Below are positions 37,801-48,900 of a DNA stretch of 64,000 nucleotides, in pieces. The DNA lies in contig NC_087436.1 of NCBI RefSeq assembly GCF_036321535.1, positions 17,422,001 to 17,486,000 of the forward strand, read 5' to 3'. Under the pieces are notes generated by a model that was not told the DNA's origin, searched no databases, and saw nothing but the letters and a program-made list of their open reading frames with translations. Origin of the DNA: Camelus dromedarius (taxonomy: Eukaryota). The number at the start of each line of letters is the position of its first letter. Within the stretch, counting starts at the first letter, position 1. The translations under genes and the position numbers were made by a program.

Positions 37801-40092
37801 TCCATAGTGATTTTTCAGAGCAACAAAAGTAGATTGCAGCAATGATGTGTTTAGTATAATCCAAGTTTCATAAAAGTCAAGACAGCCAAAAATGTACATG
37901 TGCATAAACACTTTGCTATACATTTAGATGTGATGCAGCATGAAGAGAAGACAGCAAAGATGCACACAGGCTGTTAACATCACCACTTACTAGAAGCTGA
38001 TAGAATATAGCCATCAAGAACTGGGGTGCAGAGTGAGTGGGTAGGAGAAGATGCTTCATTATTTTTCTTCATGTATACTTACATTGTTTTATTCATTGCA
38101 GGGAACCTGGATGACTCTTATAATGTTCAAGGGAAATTTGATAAAATAAAAAATTTTTAAAGACCAAAAAAAAAAAAAATACACCGGACATCAGCAGAAG
38201 GGACAGCAAAATAGGAAAAAGCAAGAAGAAGGTGGGGTTAAAAGAGTCTAAGGCAGAAGGAAAGCAGAATGTCCCTCATGTGCATTGCCTTCATGCAAAA
38301 GATCAGCCAACACTCAGGTACTAACTTGAAGGAATAATGAGCAGAGAGCCTTGCCTTACCATATATGTATATATAGCTCTTGTGTAACCTGTCAAAAGGA
38401 CCTCTAGAGTGTCAGCATGTGATTTAATAAAAGCCAAGATTCCTCTCCTGCTGAAAGTTTCATGTAAATCCAGATCATTTAATTACCCCCATCATCATTC
38501 CCTGTTCCATCTACAAATATTTCCAACAGTATTATCTGTAAAGTTACAAACTGCTTTCATCACAGTCCTGTTTCTATAAGGTGTTAGACACTGTGCTTAC
38601 CATTTTATAAATAAAACTTAAGTTCTTTATTTTATGACCTATAAATAATAATTGAGTTACAATGAAAACATTGCCATTCTTTTCTCCTTTCTCCTTAAGG
38701 GCCAGGAAACACAGCTTTGCATTTCAAGCACCCAAGGATACTATGATTCTTACTACACAGGAAACATGATAGGATAAATTAAAGGATAAATATGGTGAAA
38801 TCCATCAGGAAAGTCTGCCAGTTAAGGATGTTCAGATTAAAATTAATCACAGATCCTTTACTAACAGGTAGCTATTATTTTTCCCCCAAATATTACCTAG
38901 ATGATTGCCTTAAATCTCTACTTCATTTTGTACATGCAGACATGGTCTCAAACACTCTGTAACAAAGATGGGAAGCAATCCTTCTCAAGTTAACATATTA
39001 TTTCTGTGCAATTTCCACCATGAACAGAGCATATTAATGTATTCATTCACCATCTGTGTCTGTTGGTACCATGGCCAGTTACCCCAGAGGACTAAGACAC
39101 CCTATTTTGTAATAGACATTTGGACAATCACAGGGACTCCCAAATGAACAATGTGAGGTCTCTATTATGTGCAGATGGAAGACAGATAAATAGGCAAACA
39201 CGGCAGGTTCAGCAGTTTGCTTGGAATTCTCAGTCCTGGAGGATTAAGTTAGGCACACAGAAATATGTCAAAGCCAGTCTCCATCCTTATAAAGCACTAA
39301 AAGTGAAGCTTAGAGGAGAATTTTTTGCTAGTTTTTCATTTGTATCAACAAAGAAAATTGTCAGTTCATTTAAGAAGCCCCCTTTCTTGGGAAAAGCCCC
39401 GTTAACCTGCCCATTCACAATGTCCTTCAAACATCCTATTTTGTTTTCTCTGTGGGCAGCTTCAGTTCAGGAAAAAACAAAAAAACAAAAAAACAGAAAA
39501 CAAAAGCCATAGGCTTGCGGCATGAATGAGAGATGGGGAAAGAAAATGGCTGACCAGCTCTTCTTTTCTGTCATTTGGGAAACACAAGAGTATCTACTTT
39601 AAAAACCAATTATATTTAAACTTAAATAAGTCACTTTGAGGCACACTCACCATTTTTTAAAAAATGAGGATAATCATAATATTTGTATTATTTCTTTTGT
39701 TTGTAAATGGTTAACTTTTCTGCTCTAGAAACCAAATGTGGTCCTACCTAGTCATTCATCATTCTCATGGGCTCCCTAGAGAATTATGTACCAATAATTG
39801 AGACCTGAGGAGCCCTAAACATTTTTCTTTTAATCAGTATATATGATTCACTGTTATATTACTTGGTCTATAGCTCTGAGATTTTTCTGTTATCTGGTTG
39901 CTATTTTAAGAATGTCACATAAGGTAAATTATTATTTTTAGCAAAACTGAAATACACCTTTCATATAAAAATGCTAAAGGAACTCCCTGAGATTTTTCAG
40001 GTATCTGGATAGAATGTTATAGAGTTCATCTGCTGAATCCTCAGTCCAGAGCAATGATCCCTTCTTCCCAAAACATATATCTACTCCAAGTA

Positions 40093-41200
40093 GCTTATTC
40101 ATTTATTCATTATTCATGTATTGAGTGCTTATTATGTGCCAGGCACTGTAAAATATACTGGGGACAAGTTGATAAATGACTCATTCCTTACTCTGGAGTA
40201 TCGCATAGTCCAGAGGAGGACAAGGGAAGCATACAAGACAAATTACAACTCAGCCTGATAGGAAGCAAAATAGAGTTATATATAAAGTCTTATGAAAGCA
40301 CTGAGAAAATGTGACCAACCCCCAGCCCTAACTCAGGGAGTCTAGGAAGACTTCATAGGAGTGACAAAATTTCACCTGAGTCTCCAAGAATGTATAGAGG
40401 TTGATCAGGTAAAGAATGGATAAATGGATGAAGTGTTTGACAGGATGCTGATAACTGAAGAGACAATTATCGGCATCTGCTGGGTTCTAGGCAGCCTTGA
40501 GAATGGTTCTCCTGATAAGAAGAACCACATTTGCAAATGCAGAGATGCATGAAAAAAACACAGCAAGCTTAAGGAATGACAAGATATTTAGGTTACCTGG
40601 ACAAAAGGTCTGTGCAGAGGAAGATGTAAGGAAATGAGGTCGAAATTCAGGTTGAGATCAGCAAGTAAATTCTCTTAAATCCAACGTCAAAGTGTTTGTA
40701 CTTCGTTCTGGAAGACACAGAAAGGCAAGGTAGATTTTTAAGCGGAGGATTTCAAACATTCAAATTTATTTACTGAGCACCTAGTATATGCCAGGCCTTT
40801 TCTAGACTCAGCATTTAACAGTCATGAAGAAACAGACAAGAACTCCTGAATTCATGGGGCTCATAGTCAAATGGGAAAAGGCAGACAATAAGCAAAGTAA
40901 GTAAGAAAGAAAGTAAATTCAGTAAATGTAAAATAAAGTAAATATAGTAAATTTAAAGGTGGTAAGTGCTAGGGAGAAAAATAAAAACAGGAAAGAGTGA
41001 AGTGAAGTAATTAGATTTGTGTTTTAGAACAACTCTCCTGGATTATTCAAAGAGATTAGAGATAGACTGCAGACAGATATACATGTTAAGATTTCATTAA
41101 AGCGTTCATGGCAGGTACGGTAATGCTAGGAACCACAATTACCCAATGGGAATGAAGAGAAAGAGACAGATTCAAAAGAATCAACAGGACTCTATTAGGG
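40093..41200 (-). mobile_element. L2 LINE with a second nested L2 fragment (~40755-41000)
   Basis: 'ttattcatttattcat...tattgagtgcttattatgtgccaggcactgt', a second 'tttactgagcacctagtatatgccaggc', and 'attagatttgtgttttaga'. Confidence 0.8.
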
Positions 41201-41659
41201 ATGTATTGTATATAAGATTGAAGAAGAAAACGACGGATAAGAATTATGCTGTTTTCTCATCAAAGTTTGAGTAATCATTAGAAAAGGAAGATCGAGAGTC
41301 ATGTTATTGTTGTATGATCTCATTAAGGTCATAAGTTGCTTAACCTCTCCTAGACCACTAGAAGATGTTACTCTCCTCATTCTTTGAAACAAGAAGCACT
41401 AAATACATTCAACTTCTTGAGATAGTTCAGTATAGCCAACAATACTTCAGCACCTGGGAAATGGTTTCTTGGTATCTGAATAGTCATCCAATGGGTCATC
41501 TTGAGAGAAAATATTTGGAAAAATTCCTGTACTTTTTTCTGATTATACCATGAACTCTAGAGGTAGAGACATTGGCCACCAGAAGACATCTTTCATCCTA
41601 TTTTAGCTCCACAAGTCAGAAGAAGCACTGAAGTCTAGTGGTGTACAGAGAAAACTTAC

Positions 41660-42114
41660 AGTGAATTTTTAGTGAATGGTAACTGATATTACATTTGTTA
41701 ACATCTCTGGATGTGATGGACACATTTTGGGAGTCAGTGTCCGTCACTTGGCTCAGACTTTTTTAGACCGATATCATGATGCCTCCGGATATATCCCACC
41801 CTGATAATGAATGTGCTGGTCTTCTCCGAGTCTCCTTGGTGACTCTCAATGCTCCCAACCACCTGTGTCGTCTGGCATCTGTGCCTGTTGCTGCAGTCCT
41901 GGCTGCCGCATCAACCACAACTCCATCCTTGTGTGGGCGAGCTGTGGAGACAGATGGTCCCTCGGTACAGGGTAGGGACTGTCAGTCATGGAGGAGAAAC
42001 ATGAGGCTGGAGCGTGGAGTGTAGATCAAGAGCACGCCTTGCATGGTTCCAATACCCGAAGTTAAAATGGAGCAGCTCCATATCTGTTCCCCCTCAGGGA
42101 GTTCCTGGACCCAT
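41660..42114 (-). pseudogene. Candidate first coding exon (455 nt) of the decayed gene
   Basis: Acceptor GTCTTTCAG|ATG with a CTAAT branch-like site ~30 nt upstream, donor ACT|GTAAGT, locally CpG-enriched. Frame MGPGTP*GGTDMELLHFNFGYWNHARRALDLHSTLQPHVSPP*LTVPTLYRGTICLHSSPTQGWSCG*CGSQDCSNRHRC...IGLK. Removing one A from the A6 run (41759-41764) opens the frame to the donor. Confidence 0.5.
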
Positions 42115-42842
42115 CTGAAAGACTGCAGATTTTTTTTTTTTAATTAGAGGAAAATGAATAACCAGAGAGGGACTACTCCATTCACTGTGCCTCTCTTTTA
42201 GCCATTATCTAGTTTGGACAGTCCATTGATTGAGCACTGAAGAAATGTTGTTTCTAATGTAAAAGGACATTCTGGATGGGCACCAAGGCTGGCTGCACTT
42301 CTTCTCAAGGAGAAGGGAACAGCCTCTCCCCTGAAGTGAGACCAGAGTCCAGGAAGGAGTCACTGATTCGCAGGAGAGAGAGTCTCCTTGAAGGTTAGTA
42401 CAACGGCTCTCAGAGAGAACTCTGGAAGCTACAGCTGACTCCAGCAGTAGTCATTGATTCTTGAAAGGCAAGGGCAGCTTGTGATGGGAGACATAGCAAC
42501 AACTCTGATTTCTTTTAGCTAGGAAGAGGGCTTTATCTGGACTTCCTTTTATTTTGACCATATGCTTTTTTACCGCCTTGATTTTCTGTATTAGTTTTGG
42601 GCATAAGGGAAAGAGAAGGATTGAGGGAAACCTAAGGACATCTCCTTCAGTGGGAGTTTAGAACTGCATCTGAGAAACTTCATTCTTGCTGCTGAGTCTT
42701 CTTGCAGCAAAATGAATAAATAAAACTCATCTCTGATCCATGCGAGATGAAATACCTTTTTGTTCAAGGAGGGTCTCTGTCACCTGCTGGCTGTCTAGCT
42801 GTTGGTCTAAAGAAAGGAGTGTCCAATGTAAGGTAGTTTTCC

Positions 42843-42869
42843 AGAGAGAGAGAGAGAGAGAGAGAGAGA
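42843..42869. repeat. (AG)n microsatellite
   Basis: Read directly. Confidence 0.9.
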
Positions 42870-45124
42870 CAAGGATCTTGGAGACAATCCAATCATCAAA
42901 GTATCACAGTGTTGTCCTGTGGCTGGATTTCTAGTTTATCCTCATCTGAGCTTTATCATCCCTATTTTGACCTTTTCAATAGATACTCTTCTCTCTCACA
43001 CAGACACCACCTACGGTGTGAGGATCTTTGCTTACAAAAGTGTGTGCAAACCCTCACTTGCACAACTCATGCAAACAGCATGGGGAAGACGAACCCAGAA
43101 AGAAATATACTGGGCGGGCACATAGCCACGTGGGCTCAGAGGTACTCGAGCTTCCACCAAGACCAGGAAAGCAATAGCCAACCTGCCAAACGACGCGCAA
43201 AGCCCTACACTTTGCACCGCATTGCAGGTAAAGGCAGACACAGGAAAGGTGAGCCTAGAGGTAATCACATGAGTCTGGGGACTTCCTTCAGCCACCTCGA
43301 AATGTATTGCTGGTAAAATCCTAAAATGTGAAATTAATTTCTTCCCTGAAAGGGATGAAGAGAGAGATCAGATGCACATGGCATGAATGGCCCAGAGCAG
43401 GGCAAGAAAAGGAAAAAGGCAAATTTGGGACAATAAAAATTGGCAAGGAAGAGGTGAAAGGGAAGAAGCCAGTACGTGACTGATCCTAGGACTCTCAGTA
43501 GCAGTCTCCAAATCAGTAAAACAAGCTGAGGCCTCCCTGGTTCCTCTTCTTGGGTTTATAAAGGTGCAGACCCCAGGGAACGACTGGCTGGGGGCGGGGG
43601 GAGGGCACGTATTATCAGTCTAGATGCAACAGAAAGGACAAAATAAAATACAACCCATTCAAATGCTAGCAAAAGGACCAACAAGAAGACTCCCTGAGAT
43701 CCGTGGAGAAATTCATCCAGGACCTCAGATCCTGGCTGCGCTGTCCCCGTCCCCTTCCACCCTGTAAATGACCAGATAGTCAAGAAATTCAAGGATCTGG
43801 GCAACTCCTAGGGACTCCTGCGTTCTAATCCCGGAAAATACTCAGACTTCCATTGCTTCAAGTTGACAGAAGACAGTACTGATGAGTGTTATTTGGTTTG
43901 GGCATCCCTTCTGAAGAATCAAGTCCACATTCTGTACCAATGAGATTAAAACAGTACATTCCTAATTTCTGAAAATCATAGCCAGAAGCCCCATTTTCTG
44001 TGCCTGGGTGACTCTCTGGGTTGCCAGCCTGTCAAAGCTTTTTAAAAGGCAGGGAGCTGTGTATCATTTGATCCTGAGGTAACCTTTACGAGTCAATCTC
44101 TCACACAAGCCTCTCCCTCCTCGGCAGACAGATGCATCATGGAGAATTTGGCAAGGTTCAATCGATAACTGAAGTGATACAAGTAATGACACCAGTGTGA
44201 ACACTGCTGGCTTAGATATTTCCTGTTTTTCAGAAGGAACAAGTACCCACTATTCCTGTCATTTTAAGGGAAAGAAACAAGGACCATTATTTCCTTGGCT
44301 TAATATTAAGTGGATGCCCACAGAATGTTGTCAATGAAAATCTGTGTCTAAGTGATAATATATTCTAGAATGCTTGGCCCACAGTTTTCTCAAGAAACAG
44401 CTCTTAAAATAACAAAGTTTATGACATTTCTGAATATCTTCGTGTTTTAGAATTCAGGGCGGTTGTTGCGGGGGTGGTTGCGGAGAAAGCCCCACAGGTT
44501 ACCCGATAGGCTTTTAGTGTGACTACTGACAACGTAACAAATCCATGAAGGCCCAGTTCACGTCCGCATCATTCTCACTGATAAAATAGGACTCACAGAT
44601 AGCTCACTGTTGAAAAGAAGTTGGGAAGGAAGAGTTCTTGTTATTATAAATGCTCAGCCTGTGGATGACTGGCCATAATCACATGCCAATGTTACTTTAA
44701 TAGTTTTCAGAGTCATAAGAATGGGTTTTTTTTTTCCATAAGGGCTTTTCACTTTCTTTGTAGTTAGGAAATCAACCTACAAGATGGCCAAAGGAAAAAA
44801 AAAAAAAGATTGAATTTGCAAAGAAGGCAGTCTCATAAAAGGAGGTCATCATTGAAAACTGACACAAAGTTGTGAGTTTGTTTCTGTTGGCTTTTTTTTT
44901 TTAGAAAATAATTTTTGGAGATAAACAGCTAAAAATTTCCAAATTGGCAATTGGGTTTTCTTGGATCTGTTTGTATTTCAAACATGGCCAGGAAATGGAA
45001 TACATACATAAACAAAACTAAACGAAAAACCAACTCTGCTTATTCTAATTGGATGGGCAGAAGAGATGGAGGAGGGGCAATAGTGGATGATTGACAAGGT
45101 GGCCTGGGATGTACCTGGACCTTT

Positions 45125-45280
45125 GCTACCTAAACTGAGGTTTGTGGATCAACAGTGTGAACACCATCAGGGTGCTTGTTAGAAACACCGAATCTCAGGC
45201 TCTACACCAGACCTACTAAATCAGACTCTGCACATTTAATAATGTCTTGTCTGCATGTTAAATTTGTAAGAGTTTAATTC
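45125..45280. mobile_element. MER5A/B MITE
   Basis: 'gcttgttagaaacaccgaatctcaggctctacaccagacctactaaatcagactctgca'. Confidence 0.75.
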
Positions 45281-45819
45281 TATAGTTAGTGCTGTCGACA
45301 CAGAAGAGGAAAAATTTTCATGAGGTATATAAATTGGAGTCATTACTACCTAAAAAATGTCTAATGAGGAAAGCTAAAGAAAGGGAGAGAGAGAGAGAGA
45401 GGTGGCACATACCTAAGTAAGCTTATGATAATAGCAGATAGTTTGCAGAGCACACTTTGAAAGAAAGCTGATTTCTTCTTGCTTTGACTGTGTGAATCTG
45501 TGCAATAGCATTAGAGGCTGAGAGGATGATAGGCTTGGAGTTAATGCAGACATTTACATCTTGGTGGTATGTAAACATTTAACCAACAAACAACAAAGAA
45601 CCAGAGAATCTTTGTAAATTAGCATAAAAATCCAAGTCAGCTCAAGATGCGATGATCAGTAACTGACACAGAGGTAGAAAGAGAAGAATCAAATAAGCTA
45701 GGGAGCCAAGCTGTCCTGGTGTCGCTCTTTGGCCATATTTGGTTCTCAAGTCTCACCAGTCTGGGGCTGAGGACGGACTGTCAGTCAACATCAGCACCAC
45801 ATCACCTCTTAAGCAAAAA

Positions 45820-46080
45820 TGAATTAATAGATGTTGGGCATCTACTGTGAGCTGAGTCCATTGTTGGGCTCCAGAATGGATTTTGTTTTTTTCTTTTAAG
45901 TCTCATAGCAACCTAAAAGAGGAATGAATTCTCATTTCCATTTCCACTAATAATGAGGAAATTGTGGTTTAGCAAGGATAAAATAATTGCTCAAGGTCAC
46001 AAAGCTAACAAATGAAAAGAGCTGGGATTTAAAATCAGTTTAGTCTGAGTCTGAAGGCTCTCCCAACCGACCTGCGCTGC
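45820..46080 (-). mobile_element. MIR SINE
   Basis: 'atgaggaaattgtggtttagc...ttgctcaaggtcacaaagctaac...agagctgggatttaaa'. Confidence 0.75.
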
Positions 46081-48569
46081 TAAGTATAGATGTCATAGAA
46101 GTAAGTTAAATATTTAGTAAAATATATACAGTTATTACGATGCTAGGATTTATGCTAAACCAAATGCTTCTTTTGTCTTTATATAGTCTTGAATTAAAAG
46201 AAACTTTTCGTGTATTGTTAAAAATAGATATCTGAACAGGGAGGGCCCCAAATGGTAATTTTAGTAAAAACTCCAGCACCCACAGTCAGTGGCACAGATA
46301 GATGACACCCATTATAGGATCCCGCCTGAATCAGGCTTGCCTGCAGTTGGCTGTGCCACTCTTTATTTGCAAGTGTGACTGCCAACACATTTTCAAAGGA
46401 TCATCATCATTCACTACATCAATACGAACCCTCTTTCATCATAAATTGTCAGGGGACTTACCTTGGGGAAATAGAAGGTGGAAAACTAGACCACTGACAT
46501 GCGTAACCCACAAGGAATATGTATTGGCCCAAGAAATAATTAATGATTTAAAGGTGCTGAAAAGCTTTGTGATTGCCTGTGCACGAGTGCATGGACGTGC
46601 ACACGTTCCCACACATGCAGTGAGTGAAAGCTTGAATGGACGTCAAACTCCTGGCATAATAAACACAAAGGACCAGTGAAGGTAGTTCTGGACTTTCACT
46701 CCAATCAGAACAGTTTAGCTTCATCTGTTTAATGTATTGGGATTCCATGTAAAATTTGTTGGTGGTATTCAAAAGCTTCTACTGCTTCAAAAAAAAAAAT
46801 ACTTGAAAATGATTGTGTTATAGATCAAATCCCTCACTTTGTGGGTGAGAAAGTGAGAAAGATTCAGAACCTATGACTACTTTGCGCGTGCCTGCTGGAT
46901 GCTAGGCGCTGCGCCAGAGATGTCAAGGATGTCTCCATTCCTCGTCTACATGCTGACCAAGAAAGTTACGCTGAAAGAGATGAGTTAGCTTGCCTAGGGC
47001 ACACAAATGCTCAAGACAGACTGAAGGCTAGAGTCCGGGACTATTAACTAGCAAGTTCTGTACTTTCCCCAGAATGCCTTATTGCTGGTGTGAAGACAAG
47101 ACACTTTGGTCTTTCCATCCTATTCCCAGGTTGGGTCATCGAACTCTGTTTTCATACTCTTCTCTGTCTACATGAAGAATACAATCTTAATCCATAGGAT
47201 CTGTGTACTAAGCGGTTTAGCAGATGATGCACAGATTCACACTAGTCTGTTTCTTCCCTTTCCGGCCAAGAACACCAACAAATGTTCAAGCTGCCATCTT
47301 GACTCTGGATTTTTTCTTTCACCCAAATATGTAAGTTTTACTATGGGGTAGAGACTTCTTACTGTTGCAGTAGACCCTCACTCACAATAAAATGGGCCAT
47401 AAAATGTATCTTATCACTTAGTTTTACACTTAAGGAGAAATAGTATTCTCCTCCATATGGTTAAAACATTAAATGCTCACAAAGCCACTTTGCTCATTCA
47501 CCTCACATATGGGAAATAAATCAATATATCATGTGAATGAACTTCAATATAGTCTTAAACTTGACCCATGTTTAAGTTTCACCCACTGAACTTGATGTTA
47601 CAATGGATTAAATTTATTATTTTTCCGTAATGTTATTCCCACTTAAATTGCAAGATAGGGCAAGATGTGGAAAAGAGAGAAAGTATCCTAGTTAACCACT
47701 ATTTAAGGTAAAAATCGATAAATTCTGAGATACAAGTTAATGAGGAAGGGTGGTCCACTCAATGTTATTGAGTGAATAATGACTGAATAATCCTAATTTA
47801 GTACATTCCTGGCACATTTTCCTTTGTTGCAGTGGTGCCTTGCAGTTTAAAGGGGTAGGATGTTGGGACAGAGAAATAGAAAGAGGAGCAATACAGAGTT
47901 GTGCAGCAGGTAAAATATGTACTTGACATTTCGGGTTCCTTTTCTTTCAGATTCAGAAGACTGAGCACTTTTGGCTCCCCAACAAATATCTGGGTGGTGG
48001 ACTAAAGTCTAACAGTTCAACCTATGTGATTTCACCAGGGTTAGAAGTGAATTTGTGAGCTAATAGTCCCCATGTTCAGGGGGAGAGAGTAAAACAGATA
48101 TGAAAGGAAGGATCATGACAATCAATCAGTGAGATTTGGGAAAGTAAGCAATGATGAGCACTCTCTCTTTCCTGAAAAATATCCCATGCTCAGCACCTAC
48201 AACTTGACCCTTTGTCTTTAATTTGACCCTTTGTCTGTGATGACAATGACAAAGCACGTTCCAGCTCGCAGAAGCTTCCTGTGGCAGCAGTAATTGCTGT
48301 TTCAAAGAAGAAAATAGTTATAAAGAGAATTTCTTTCCTTTATTTTTTTTTCTTATTCGTATTTTCAGCAGGAGGAAATCTACATGAAAAGACAGATGAT
48401 GTAGAAATATACGTTAACATAATAGATACCAAAACTGTCAATTCATTGGAATTCTATAAATTTGCCAACATTTGTCAGTGGGCTCCATTGCCCCAAGTGT
48501 CTGGTGTTTCCTGAATGAAAAATAGGTTCTTGAAGGACTGTCACTTATTCCTCAGCCACTTGGAAAATA

Positions 48570-48900
48570 GAGAATCACGGAATACTCCAGTAGGAAGGAA
48601 CCTTTGACATCACTGAATTCAATTTCCTTATTATCACAGTTAAAGTAACTGAAACCCAGAGAAGGTAAGTAACTTGCCTGAAGCCAAACAGTATCAGTCT
48701 TCAAACTTCTCTCCCTCTTCTTTTTCTATCTTTGTCCTATGTCTTAGCTGTTATCAGATGAGTAATTTATAAAAGGTTAGAGTTGGAAGAAATGTTAAAG
48801 ATGACCTGTGTTACCATTTTCTCCTTCCCAGTGTGTACCTACCCAGTATTTGCTTGAACACCTCCAGTGACAATAGATTCACTATAAAAAAAAAAAAATT
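48570..48900 (-). mobile_element. MIR3 and L3 3'-end fragments
   Basis: 'aactgaaacccagagaaggtaagtaacttgcctgaag' and 'agttggaagaaatgttaaagatgacc...tgcttgaacacctccagtgac'. Confidence 0.6.

Noticed and set aside
41734..42114. Four in-frame TGA codons, one in a C-G-TGA-C context, suggesting a selenoprotein
   Set aside because: I identified no SECIS element. Other exons in the chain have TAA/TAG stops and frameshifts, and CGA-to-TGA decay is a simpler explanation.
46462..46650. Minus-strand exon-like segment with AAG|GTAAGT donor
   Set aside because: No protein-like frame found. It could be a non-coding exon, but sequence alone cannot support it.
48369..48514. Strong plus-strand acceptor followed by an open frame (GGNLHEKTDDVEIYVNII...)
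   Set aside because: No convincing donor or partner exon and no recognisable homology.
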